Assembly: GCA_000002445.1 (NCBI GenBank)
Contig: CM000208.1
Coordinates: 3,008,001-3,072,000, forward strand
Length of the DNA stretch: 64,000 nucleotides
Direction of reading: 5' to 3'
From: Trypanosoma brucei
Taxonomy: Eukaryota
The notes under the pieces: model-generated
Database searches by the model: none
Told to the model about the DNA's origin: nothing
The model's input: only the letters and a program-made list of their open reading frames with translations
Translations under genes and position numbers: made by a program
Shown here: positions 1-9,209 of the stretch, in pieces
Position numbering within the stretch: the first letter of the stretch is position 1
Layout: the number at the start of each line of letters is the position of its first letter

Positions 1-593
1 CGGCTGTGGGCCGCAGTGCTTTCGCAATCGGTCAAAAGTGCCGAATTCCAAATGGTTTGTTGCATCGAGAGAAGAGGCGGTGCCACTTCTGCGGAAGAAA
101 GTGATTCTTTGCTGTTGCTACTGCCACAGAATACCGCCGTGCTGCCTGCATCCCACTCGTTTGACCTAGCAGCTTCCACTGAACTATTATCCAACCCTGT
201 TATAATGATAGGGAGGAGCGATGACGCTGACTTTGTCTTGCTCCTTTTTGGTGAGTCCTTCCCGTTGTACGCCCCAAGGAGAAACGCTATCGCCTCATCG
301 GCTGATTGACCCTCAAACACCATTCGCAGTGCGGTACAGCGATCTTCAGCTGTTGAGTTCACCATAGCTTTTATTTCTGACTCGGACAAGGAACACTTGG
401 AACGCGAAAGCATCGCTTGAATAGAAGCAGGAATACGTTGGTCTATCCTCTCCCCATCTCCGCCGCGACTCTCGTGGCTAACAGAAGAAGTTGCTGAAGG
501 TTCGGCCTTCTTCTTGGGTTTCTTGCGCTGCGCATTGCCTTGGGCATGGTTGCTCGTGGGCACGTTCACCGTTTTCCTTACACTTATCATCAT
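1..593 (-). CDS. Partial CDS: the ATG at 593-591 opens a minus-strand frame with no stop through position 3 (197 codons), so the 3' end lies beyond the window. Hypothetical protein; the segment SESEIKAMVNSTAEDRCTALRMVFEGQSADEAIAFLLG weakly resembles a UBA/CUE-type three-helix motif.
   Basis: I translated the minus strand codon by codon. The in-frame plus-strand triplets contain no tta/cta/tca, i.e. no minus-strand stop, from 593 down to 3. An upstream in-frame stop (cta at 612-614) delimits the 5' side. The orientation matches every other gene in the window. A purine-rich plus-strand tract at about 640-720 is a polypyrimidine tract on the coding strand, upstream of the ATG. The ORF is missing from the supplied track, presumably because it has no stop inside the window. 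Confidence 0.5.
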   Translation of the reverse strand, partial: MMISVRKTVNVPTSNHAQGNAQRKKPKKKAEPSATSSVSHESRGGDGERIDQRIPASIQAMLSRSKCSLSESEIKAMVNSTAEDRCTALRMVFEGQSADEAIAFLLGAYNGKDSPKRSKTKSASSLLPIIITGLDNSSVEAARSNEWDAGSTAVFCGSSNSKESLSSAEVAPPLLSMQQTIWNSALLTDCESTAAHS

Positions 594-639
594 GATCCGG
601 ACGAGTGCTGCCTAACTACGCGGAAGAACATACATTATC

Positions 640-720
640 GAAGGCAGATCATCAAAAAACGAAAAAAAACGAAGAAAGAGGTTAAACGTTGAGGAAATTT
701 GGAGGAAATGAGTAAAACAA
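640..720 (-). promoter_or_regulatory. Coding-strand polypyrimidine tract between RPL34 and the partial downstream gene (start 593). Candidate trans-splice/polyadenylation signal.
   Basis: Plus strand atcaaaaaacgaaaaaaaacgaagaaagaggttaaacgttgaggaaatttggaggaaatgag is greater than 85% purine. Confidence 0.35.
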
Positions 721-858
721 CGGTAGTTTGCTGAGCAGCAGTGTGCAGAGATAGCGCAAGTGATGTCCAACAAATTTAAATAAGTAAAAGAATCAAAACA
801 TGGAGAGCCCGGATGCATTACTATAACCTATACGTGGTCAATGGAGCTTCAGGTGCGA

Positions 859-1371
859 TCACTTCTTCAGCTTCGCACCAACAGGGGCCTTACCAGCCTT
901 CCTTTTGGGTGCTTCCTTCTTCGCGACGAGGGACTTGGTGCCGACCTTCGCTGCTACCTTCTTTGCCACGGCAGCCACCTTCTCTTCCTTGCTCTTCCTC
1001 TTGGCGGCGCGGCGCTTCTTTTCCTTCTGGACCTTCGCGTGTGCCTTCAGTGCCCGCTTCACGATGCGCTGCTCCTCAATGAGGAAGGCACGGACGATGC
1101 GGTCGCGTACCTGTTCGTGGCTCAACACACCACCGTATGGGCGCGAAGTCGTCTTCTGATGACGTGGGGCGAGACGCGCCTTTGTGTGGCGCAACGCCTT
1201 CGTGCCAGCGAGACGTTTGTGGCCAAGTACCCACGGAGTGTGTGGGCCCTGCGACCGCTTACCGCGCTTCTGCATCACGAGACGGTTTCCGGGTGTTCGC
1301 ACTAGGCGCATGCGGTTGCCACGCGTGGCGTAATGCATGCGCCGACGGTATTGCACACGGGGGCAAGACAT
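859..1371 (-). CDS. RPL34: 60S ribosomal protein L34e
   Basis: The translation [32 protein letters not shown]...[31 protein letters not shown] aligns to eukaryotic RPL34 (TYRRRLSYNT..TRLSRTPGNR...[26 protein letters not shown]). I chose the internal Met (cat at 1369-1371). The 63-residue upstream extension of the track ORF (to 1560) is low-complexity. Confidence 0.88.
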   Translation of the reverse strand: [170 protein letters not shown]

Positions 1372-1731
1372 CGCCTTCGTTATCTCCGTGCGCACAAGAC
1401 CTCCAGAGACTCCTAATCCGCCAGTATTTAAAAGAATGAATACAAAGATAAAGTGAACGAAACAGGAAGTAATCGTGTGAACAGTGGTGAGGAAGATGAC
1501 GTTATACACGAAAAGAGAGGTGCCCGTGCGGAGGAAGGGAGTGTATGTGCAAAGCATCAACGATATGACAGGAGGAGACCATACTGCCTACAAAAAGGAA
1601 GGTGGGGTACGTATCATTACCGGTGTGCACATGGCAGTCTCGCAATGTAGTGTGATTTGTAAATCCAGGAGAGAGAGACAGAGGGGAGGGGGCGTTTTAC
1701 TTGCGGATCTAATCGATCGTAACATTACTTA

Positions 1732-2778
1732 TTATTTTTTTTTGCTTGGTGGTGGTTCAGAGCCTTGCTCAACAAAACTCGCTTCTGCGTCGCGCAATTT
1801 TTGCGCCTGGCGGACTTCAATAAGATCGCCGAAGCGATCAGAGAAAAGTTCCCCACCGCCAGTTACAGCGGAGCCGATATACATGACTGCCCAGTAAATA
1901 ATATGGATGAAATCCAAGTCTTCTACGGCTGATCGCGGGTATCGCGTGCGTCCTTCAAGCTCCCAGTCGATTTTGTGCCAACCCTTCTCTCTTGCAGCTT
2001 CCAAAATAAGGTGGTAGCGTGCTGGGCTGGGGAGTGCTTCCAGGGGGTCTTCCTTCCCGAGTACCTCCATTGAAAGACGATAAATCTCGCTAAAACGCAT
2101 CCCTGTCACAATTTTTTGGTAATCAGAGCGATCCTCCGGACTTAACAACAACACAGTTTCCACCTCACGGTAGTACATCACAAGTGCAAGAACAACCCCG
2201 GTCAACCCCACGATGATTAGAGCAAGATGAGCGATGCGACGCCACCATTTGAACTGGCGCTCCGTTACGTTGCGAAAGGGATACCACATAAATCCGTACC
2301 AGCGTGTTTGGGCATAGCGATTGACGATATCGTGTTGCTGCTCCGCTGTCATTTGCATTGTGATACCCTCCTTTCGGCTTCGCCGCTTGCCGTTTAACAG
2401 TTCAACTGCTTTCAGAAAGCGAGCGGTGCTTCGGTCCTCTTTCGCATCGGTTTTCTGAGGTCTCAGCACAGCGAGGGGGTTAAGCGGCATCGCACGACCT
2501 GCTACTTTCCCGAAACCCAGAAAACCACGCCGTCCTTCCTCCACTTCACCGACAGGCATGCCGGTTGTATTTAAAAAGACGTTGGCAGCGGCGACAGTAG
2601 TTCGACCCGGGGACGTTGTCGGTGGAACATGTGTCTCCTCCCTTTTTGGTAACCGCAGTCTTCCTGGAGCGGTGCGGTGCCCTCTCCAAGCTAAGAATAT
2701 CACTGGCAGCCTCGGTATCCGAGAGTAGCCGGCGTTTGTTGCAGCAGGTGGATGGGATTGAATGCGCCACCGCAACAT
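1732..2778 (-). CDS. Hypothetical single-pass membrane protein, possibly mitochondrial. Longest ORF is 348 aa; an alternative start at 2559 (MPVGEVEEG...) gives 275 aa.
   Basis: Long minus-strand ORF. One strongly hydrophobic segment (IAHLALIIVGLTGVVLALVMYY). Arg/Pro-rich N-terminus (MLRWRIQSHPPAATNAGYSRIPRLP...) resembling a presequence. A purine-rich plus tract at about 2940-2990 is a coding-strand polypyrimidine tract upstream. I recognise no named family. Confidence 0.5.
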   Translation of the reverse strand: MLRWRIQSHPPAATNAGYSRIPRLPVIFLAWRGHRTAPGRLRLPKREETHVPPTTSPGRTTVAAANVFLNTTGMPVGEVEEGRRGFLGFGKVAGRAMPLNPLAVLRPQKTDAKEDRSTARFLKAVELLNGKRRSRKEGITMQMTAEQQHDIVNRYAQTRWYGFMWYPFRNVTERQFKWWRRIAHLALIIVGLTGVVLALVMYYREVETVLLLSPEDRSDYQKIVTGMRFSEIYRLSMEVLGKEDPLEALPSPARYHLILEAAREKGWHKIDWELEGRTRYPRSAVEDLDFIHIIYWAVMYIGSAVTGGGELFSDRFGDLIEVRQAQKLRDAEASFVEQGSEPPPSKKK

Positions 2779-4018
2779 TGGTAGTCAAAGTGCCAAATAC
2801 AACTAATGCCTTGCCTATGAACTACGATAAACGTGGACAAATTGATCAATGTCAAGTAGACATGCGCACTCTTGTTGAGGCGCGGCGCAGCAATTGATTT
2901 AAACTCCGCGGAAGAGTAGCCCCCGGCGGCATCGACCTATGAAAACGTGAGGAAAATGGAAGTAGCGGAAGAGGAAGATTAGAGAATCTTCGTTTTGAGT
3001 GACGACATATGGAAGGAAGCCATTCAACTCACAATTACCCCCCCCCCCACACACACACACGGTAAAAAGAGGTCCAACGAATAATACGATCCGCACTTCG
3101 CACACACAAATATGCATACGCTTTTGTCGCAAAGGCATATATACGTACGAGTATTACATTGTGCCTTTGACTTTGCACAATTTTTTTGTCTTCACTACCT
3201 CCCTCTACTCATTTTACCGTTTCCATTCCTTCTCTCCTTCCCGTTATTTCGTACGTTTGTTTTCCCTTTTGCCCCCTTCCCCCACTTCATATCGTCCAAA
3301 AAGTGAGCAAGTAAAACAAGAACTGCCCCCACCCCCTACGTTCGCTTCGTTTTGTCATTTTAAAGTCGTATTTCTTTTCCCTCCAACCCTCTCATCTCAG
3401 CTCCCATCTTCGATATAACACTAATATTTTGGTTCGTTCTGAAAACCAAATACGCAACCACCGTGGTGGGCCGTTGAAATCATCGTGAGTGAAGCTGCGC
3501 GAATAGTGAGAGAGTAAAATAAGAAAAAAAATGAGAAGGGAGAACAAAAAAAAAATGTACGCAAAACGAACAGGAAGAAAAATATAGTATAAACCAAAAC
3601 ACAAACGCAAACACAATAGGAATAGGAAAAAGGAAAGAAGAAATAATCGTTCCCTGACGTTACATCACCTTTTCATCTCCTGTTATCTTTTCCCACTTTC
3701 TCGCACTTCAGTGATAGGATAACTCGTTCGCCTATTTCCCCGTTCACCCGTGCATTACCTAAAGAGAGCCCCCAGCACCTTCTTCATGAGCGCGTGGAGC
3801 CACGCCGAATAGCTGACGAATCGGAAGAATGCATCCGTGACTTGTTTTGTGTTTGAGGTGGGTGCGCTTTCATCGTGTAAGTGGCAATTTGGCAGCCCAG
3901 TGACGGAATAACACGAGGTATCTGGGGATTCCTTTCTTACCGCTTCCGCACGCTCAAAAACTATATTAGACGATCCCCTGCTACCAGTGACCTCACTGTA
4001 TAGCACTGGGTCAGCCGT

Positions 4019-5155
4019 TCACGGCTTGGCATAAACTGTTCCTTGTGTTGTACGATGTTCGTACTGCTCTCCACAATAAATATCCGTGAAGAGTTCTTTC
4101 AGAGGGGTAATGGCCTGCTTCTCCGCAGGGGGAAGTTCCTTGTCCACCTCCTTCTTCACGTCCTTTTCCATTTGTTTAATTTCCTCGACCGTCATGATGC
4201 CCTCACTCACCACAAATTCCTTCATTTTTTCAATACAATCGCGTGTCCTGCGCACCTCCTGGATATCATTTTTGGTGCGGTACTGGCTGTCGGGATCACT
4301 CATCGAGTGACCCATGTAACGATATGAATCCATCTCTAGTACGACAGGTCCCTTGCCGGCAAGGCACCACTCCTTCGCCCAGCGCGTGCCCTCTTGAACC
4401 GCAAGGACGTCCATACCATCAACACGCAGCCCGGGAATATAATCACCACGGCGGTACATCTGTGGTTGATATGCAGCGCGGTCCTCCCTGGTGCCCATAC
4501 CATAGTGATTATTCTCACAACAGAATATGACGGGGATGCGCTGCAGTGCGGCGATATTCATTGCCTCAAACACCTGTCCTTGATTGGCTGCACCGTCACC
4601 ATAGAATGTAACAGCCACATTTGAGGGTTTGTCGCGGTTCTCGAGGGCATAGCGCCACGCGAGGCCCGCACCCAAGGGAGCCTGCGCACCAACGATGCCG
4701 TTCCCACCGTAGAAGTTTTCTTTAACCCTGTACATATGCATACTTCCACCTTTACCCTTGGAGCAGCCACCCTCTCGACCAAAGAGTTCCGCAAAGAGTT
4801 CCTCAATCGTGCCTCCCCGCGTCATAAATAATCCATGATCTCGATAACCGGTGACAACGGGGTCGCCACGCGAGAGGACGTTTTCCATACCCACAGGAAT
4901 GGCCTCCTGACCGATGCAGAGGTGGCAGAAACCGCGGATCTTCTTGAGTTTATATGACTGATCGGCAAGTGCCTCCACCCGACGGATACGAATCATCATC
5001 GCAAGGTTCTCTTTGATTTTCTCTGGTTCATATGTGGCGGTGGTCGGGATGGGCGGTAAATCATCGCGACCAGCCGTGTGCAGTTTGAAGGGAACATGAG
5101 GGTTAAGAGGTACCGTTTTGGCTCCCAAGAATACTCGGCTGACACACTTAAGCAT
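4019..5155 (-). CDS. Pyruvate dehydrogenase E1 component alpha subunit, mitochondrial precursor
   Basis: Thiamine-diphosphate-dependent E1-alpha signatures: GDGAANQGQVFEAMNIAALQRIPVIFCCENNHYGMGT and YRYMGHSMSDPDSQYRT (compare human PDHA1 YRYHGHSMSDPGVSYR). Start chosen at MLKCVSRVFLGAKTV (cat at 5153-5155), which is a typical matrix presequence. The track ORF extends to 5284, but that extension (MRTRGKLTGEICKK...) is Lys/Glu-rich and non-presequence-like. Confidence 0.85.
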   Translation of the reverse strand: MLKCVSRVFLGAKTVPLNPHVPFKLHTAGRDDLPPIPTTATYEPEKIKENLAMMIRIRRVEALADQSYKLKKIRGFCHLCIGQEAIPVGMENVLSRGDPVVTGYRDHGLFMTRGGTIEELFAELFGREGGCSKGKGGSMHMYRVKENFYGGNGIVGAQAPLGAGLAWRYALENRDKPSNVAVTFYGDGAANQGQVFEAMNIAALQRIPVIFCCENNHYGMGTREDRAAYQPQMYRRGDYIPGLRVDGMDVLAVQEGTRWAKEWCLAGKGPVVLEMDSYRYMGHSMSDPDSQYRTKNDIQEVRRTRDCIEKMKEFVVSEGIMTVEEIKQMEKDVKKEVDKELPPAEKQAITPLKELFTDIYCGEQYEHRTTQGTVYAKP

Positions 5156-5651
5156 GATTTTTTCCGATATTCTCCAATACCTTTCCTTTGTTCTTTCTTG
5201 CCGCGGCTGCTTGATTTTGTTGTGTGTGTCCAAACGTGTGTCTTTCTTACAGATTTCTCCAGTGAGTTTCCCACGTGTGCGCAATTACAATAGTCACTAC
5301 TGCGCACGCTTGTATGGCTAGTTCTTTGTGATCAACGGACTAAATTAAAAAAAAAAACGCGTTACCTATAATAACCGCGATATCATTTGTTTTGGCGACA
5401 GTTTCGGGGGTGAAGGGGTAAATTTTATAGGGTTGTATTAAGTTATATGAGACGACAAAGGTTACTTCTGGGAAGCCTCCCCGGGGGATTACCATTACGG
5501 TAACCTTCCCGAGGTGTTGTAAAGAGCGAGTTTTGGAAAAGAAAGAAGAGAAAGGGTGACCACAAATGCTGTCTACTTCGTTCTCCTTTTTCTCTCCTTC
5601 TACCTCACAGTTCTTTCTTTCCCGTTAGATTTAGGTAGCCAACTTAAAACA

Positions 5652-5703
5652 GTAATAATAATAATAATAGTAATAATAATAATAATAAATCGTAATAATA
5701 ATA
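5652..5703. repeat. (AAT)n trinucleotide microsatellite, imperfect, about 15 units
   Basis: Read directly from the sequence. Confidence 0.9.
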
Positions 5704-6105
5704 GGTGGTGGTTCTGTGTCGTTGTAGCACGGTGGGAAGAGTGTTAGGATGCCTTGATAAGCCCCTGTGCATGCGTTGAACGCTCATCTGTTTTCCTTTG
5801 ACCACTTCCAACGGCCCTGACCCCACATAATCCCGTGGGCCCGCTTACCTGTATACATCCACAAACAGTCGTAGGGGTGTTGAGGTGCTGTGTATACAAG
5901 ACAGAAGGCGTTTCCCCACAAGAAAATAATAATAATATAAAGAAGTCCTGGGCAACACGTGCACTGATACCCCACACTCACCGAACTCTGTTACACATCG
6001 TGTCTAAAGTGCAAAAGGGAAGATGGGTATGAGAAGCATCCATCACGGAAACCGAATAACTTTCTTCCCCTTCCTCACATTCGTGCTTATCACGAACCTC
6101 CTCTC

Positions 6106-8541
6106 CTAGTCAAGCTGATCATCCGACGGGGGCTTCTCCCCGTCTCCCGCCTGAGACACTTCAGGCGGCACATTACCGTCGGCAGCCGTTTCCCCATCTT
6201 TCGCCTCGGGCGTGGCCTCCTTCGGTTTCGGTGGGGGTGGTCGCTTCACAACCGCACGGACCGCTTCGGCGACTTCTTTCTGCTTCTCCCGCAACGTGGA
6301 ACACGTGAGTACCGGGGACTCGCTTTTGTGCTGTTTACGATATTTCTCCATTTCATTCTCTGCCCACGCCAGAGCCTCGTCGCATTTGGCTGCCGCTCCT
6401 CGTAGTTCCTCTTCGGTGATGTGCGCTTCCTTTCCAATGGCTGCTAGTGCTGTATTTTTTGCTTTGTTCACCTCCTGCTTGAAGGTGGGAAGTTCAAACT
6501 CCACATCTTCGAAGTTGCGGCGGCGGTCACTTGCTGCGTCCGCGATCGCACGGAGAGTCTTAACGCGCTCTTGGTACACATTGAGTTCTGCGTCAGCACC
6601 GTCTTCATAAAGCCAGTTTTCATACTCATTTGCCAGTTGAATGAACTTTGCTTGTTGCTCCTTTGTGACGTACTCGCATAGGATTCCTCCATCGGCAATT
6701 CGCGGGCGGTTGTCTAGGATATAGCTTTCCAGTTCGTTTTTGCTGTCGCGCGTCTTGGTTATCAGGGCGTCTCGATCGTTCATTTCTGTCTCTTTCTTCT
6801 GGAACTCCACAATCTCCTGGCCAGTCAAACCAATGACGTCAAGGCGGGGAGTAACGCTCAGCTCCACGCGGCGCTGCTTCTGCTTCTTCACCATTGGCTT
6901 CTTCTCTGCTGGCTGCTCTCCTTCCTCGTTAGCGGTCTCGCCCTTCCCCCCCTCCTCAGCATCAGCGGGTTCCTCCACCTCATAGACCTCCACTGAGACG
7001 GCAGATTCCACTGACACAAGGCCGTTGGGGAGCAGCCGCACGCGCACGCGTACTTCTGTAGCGTTGGAATCTTTTCTCTGCGTCCCGATTTCCCATTCAC
7101 CAATGACAAAATCTTTGCGGGGCAAGTATGCCTTCACTTTTGGGTGCTCGCTGTCATAAAAGGCGTACAACTTGAAACCACCGGGCCGCTTGATAGTGAT
7201 CTCCAGCACCTTTGGATAATGGTCATCCGTGCCTTGTACAGACACTACCTTGTTGATGTCCGGAAGAAATGGCACGTGGCTTACAGCACTTGCGTTTTCC
7301 ATGTAGTATCCAAGCTTGATGGGATACGTTGGGATATCGCTCACAACAAATTCACGTACCTTGAACTTGGGAGAATAAACAGCTGCGGTAATTGCTGCAC
7401 CACGGGCCGCTGTTTCAGACGCGTTAAGGGTGAAATTTGGCGCACGTCCCAGTAACTCCTCCGCTGCGCTTTTGAACATGGGTATACGACTGCCACCGCC
7501 AATCATCTCAATGCTGTGGAATTGATCTGGAGAAAGTCCGGACTCCTCAAACCCCTTCTTGATCACTGCCTTGAACCGTTCAACAAGACAAACAGAGAGT
7601 TCCTCAAGTGTGGACCGCGGGAATGACGGAATGTTCACGTCAACGTCCATGAGGTTTTCCACGTTGAGTTGTGCAACCTGATTGCCTGAGAGAAGATATC
7701 TGAGGCGCTCGCATGCCTGGAGAAGGCGGAGACTCGCTCTTTTGTTCTCCTTCACATCCACGTGATACTTCTTCTTCACTTCTTCCGCCATATACTCAAA
7801 GAGTTTGTAGTCGATGTCCCGTGTTCCAAGATGACGGTCAAATGTACGGCTCAGCAACTTCAGATGACCGCGCCAGAAGCATGCAACAGCAAACACCGTG
7901 GTGCCGTAGCCCATATCAAGGATACCGACTACCTGCCCCTTGTCTTCTGTCTCTCCAAGCGAAGAGCCACGGAAGATGCCGTAGTCGATGCCGGCTGCCG
8001 TCGTGTCGTTCACGAGCGAAAGGCAGTTTAACCCAGCAATCTCACACGCTTGCATGAGCAACTTCCTTTGTTCAGCGGTATAGTAACAAGGAACTGTCAG
8101 CACGCATTCACGAGAGTCTACTGTAACCTTTGAGTCGGACAAACTTGCCAGGTTGACGTAACCGCGAAGTCGCTGCAGCATCATTGCAAGTACTTGCTCT
8201 GGGTAGAAATAAGTCAGTTCTCCGCAGTAATTCACGCCGAACATAAGCCGCCCCTTGTCATCACCTTTTATCGCGCACGTCAAAAAACGCCTCTCAGATT
8301 CAAGGCTGGGGTCGTCCATATACATGCCGATGAAACGCTTAAGCAAGAAAATAGTGTTTGAGGAATTGCGCACATAGCGGTCCAGGCCCGGTTCACCGAT
8401 AAAACGTTCATTGTCAACAAACGAAGCGATGGTAGTCGTTTCACGCTTGCTGACTTCGTTCGTCACGATGTCAACACCACCGTGTCGGGTGATGGCGACG
8501 GTGGTGTTCAAATTTCCAAAGTCCACACCGAAGACTGACAT
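6106..8541 (-). CDS. HSP110: HSP110 (Hsp70-superfamily nucleotide exchange factor / holdase), 811 aa
   Basis: N-terminal actin-like ATPase motifs MSVFGVDFGNLNTTVAITRHGGVDIVTNEVSKRETTT and DTTAAGIDYGIF. The length and the acidic insertion (EEPADAEEGGKGETANEEGEQPAEKK) are typical of Hsp110/Grp170 rather than canonical Hsp70. Confidence 0.88.
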   Translation of the reverse strand: MSVFGVDFGNLNTTVAITRHGGVDIVTNEVSKRETTTIASFVDNERFIGEPGLDRYVRNSSNTIFLLKRFIGMYMDDPSLESERRFLTCAIKGDDKGRLMFGVNYCGELTYFYPEQVLAMMLQRLRGYVNLASLSDSKVTVDSRECVLTVPCYYTAEQRKLLMQACEIAGLNCLSLVNDTTAAGIDYGIFRGSSLGETEDKGQVVGILDMGYGTTVFAVACFWRGHLKLLSRTFDRHLGTRDIDYKLFEYMAEEVKKKYHVDVKENKRASLRLLQACERLRYLLSGNQVAQLNVENLMDVDVNIPSFPRSTLEELSVCLVERFKAVIKKGFEESGLSPDQFHSIEMIGGGSRIPMFKSAAEELLGRAPNFTLNASETAARGAAITAAVYSPKFKVREFVVSDIPTYPIKLGYYMENASAVSHVPFLPDINKVVSVQGTDDHYPKVLEITIKRPGGFKLYAFYDSEHPKVKAYLPRKDFVIGEWEIGTQRKDSNATEVRVRVRLLPNGLVSVESAVSVEVYEVEEPADAEEGGKGETANEEGEQPAEKKPMVKKQKQRRVELSVTPRLDVIGLTGQEIVEFQKKETEMNDRDALITKTRDSKNELESYILDNRPRIADGGILCEYVTKEQQAKFIQLANEYENWLYEDGADAELNVYQERVKTLRAIADAASDRRRNFEDVEFELPTFKQEVNKAKNTALAAIGKEAHITEEELRGAAAKCDEALAWAENEMEKYRKQHKSESPVLTCSTLREKQKEVAEAVRAVVKRPPPPKPKEATPEAKDGETAADGNVPPEVSQAGDGEKPPSDDQLD

Positions 8542-9209
8542 GTGAATTGGCTCTTTTGTGCTTCACTTACCTGAAGTTTTCCCTTGCAGAACTTGTATTT
8601 AAATCACTCCTTTCTTTGCTCTACTTCGGACAAGAGAAAGGGGGAAAAGGCAGCAATGCAGAGGAAGGATCTGGGGAAAAGGGACCGAGGAAAAATGTAT
8701 TCATGCAAAAAACAAACAAACAACACTCGGACACAAGACTCTCCCGGGTTGGATTGAGTTTTCCACACCTCTCCTTCAAACCTCGACAAGCAACGGTCGC
8801 ACCTCGGCGCCCCATGTGTGCTGATGACTTGCGACGAGAACGTTGGAAGGGAAGTGGAAGAAAAAAAAAACATGAAAGGATAATGCGCAACTATGTGACG
8901 CAACACACAGCAACTGACACAGAGAAAACACTAAACCGCGTTAAAGTATTTCCACCCTCATTTCCTTTTTTTCTAAAATCATCCAACCTTCCCCCATACC
9001 CTTCAGAAAATGCACAAACTGATACCCACAGCAACACAGTGCGTAGAAGCAAAGATGGTGGCAGATCATCAAAGAATGCAGCTTCTTACCTTCGCCAAAC
9101 TCCTTATATTGTTCCAATGGCTGTGCGAGGGCAAACCCTGTACGACACATAAAGTGGACAACTTCACAATGCTACTGGTTACTTGAGTAACTTTGATAGG
9201 GCACGCAAC

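Noticed and set aside
3755-4006. 83-aa minus-strand ORF immediately 3' of the pyruvate dehydrogenase gene
   Set aside because: It starts 13 nt after the PDH stop, with no intervening polypyrimidine tract or splice-acceptor context. It is most likely part of the PDH 3'UTR.
5156-5284. N-terminal 43-codon extension of the PDH E1-alpha ORF (MRTRGKLTGEICKK...)
   Set aside because: It is Lys/Glu/Arg-rich and encoded by the purine-rich side of the upstream skewed tract. The downstream Met gives a textbook presequence (MLKCVSRVFLGAKTV). The extension is probably 5'UTR, but this is not certain.
6212-6610. Numerous plus-strand ORFs of 60-220 aa nested in the large minus-strand genes (e.g. 6212-6610, 9367-10017, 35943-36732, 48074-48643, 50469-51053, 53962-54441, 59694-60224)
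   Set aside because: Each overlaps, antisense, a minus-strand gene with a clear homology or long-ORF signal. The windows they span are GC-rich, codon-biased coding sequence, which yields long antisense ORFs by chance. No plus-strand gene is expected in a unidirectional kinetoplastid polycistron.
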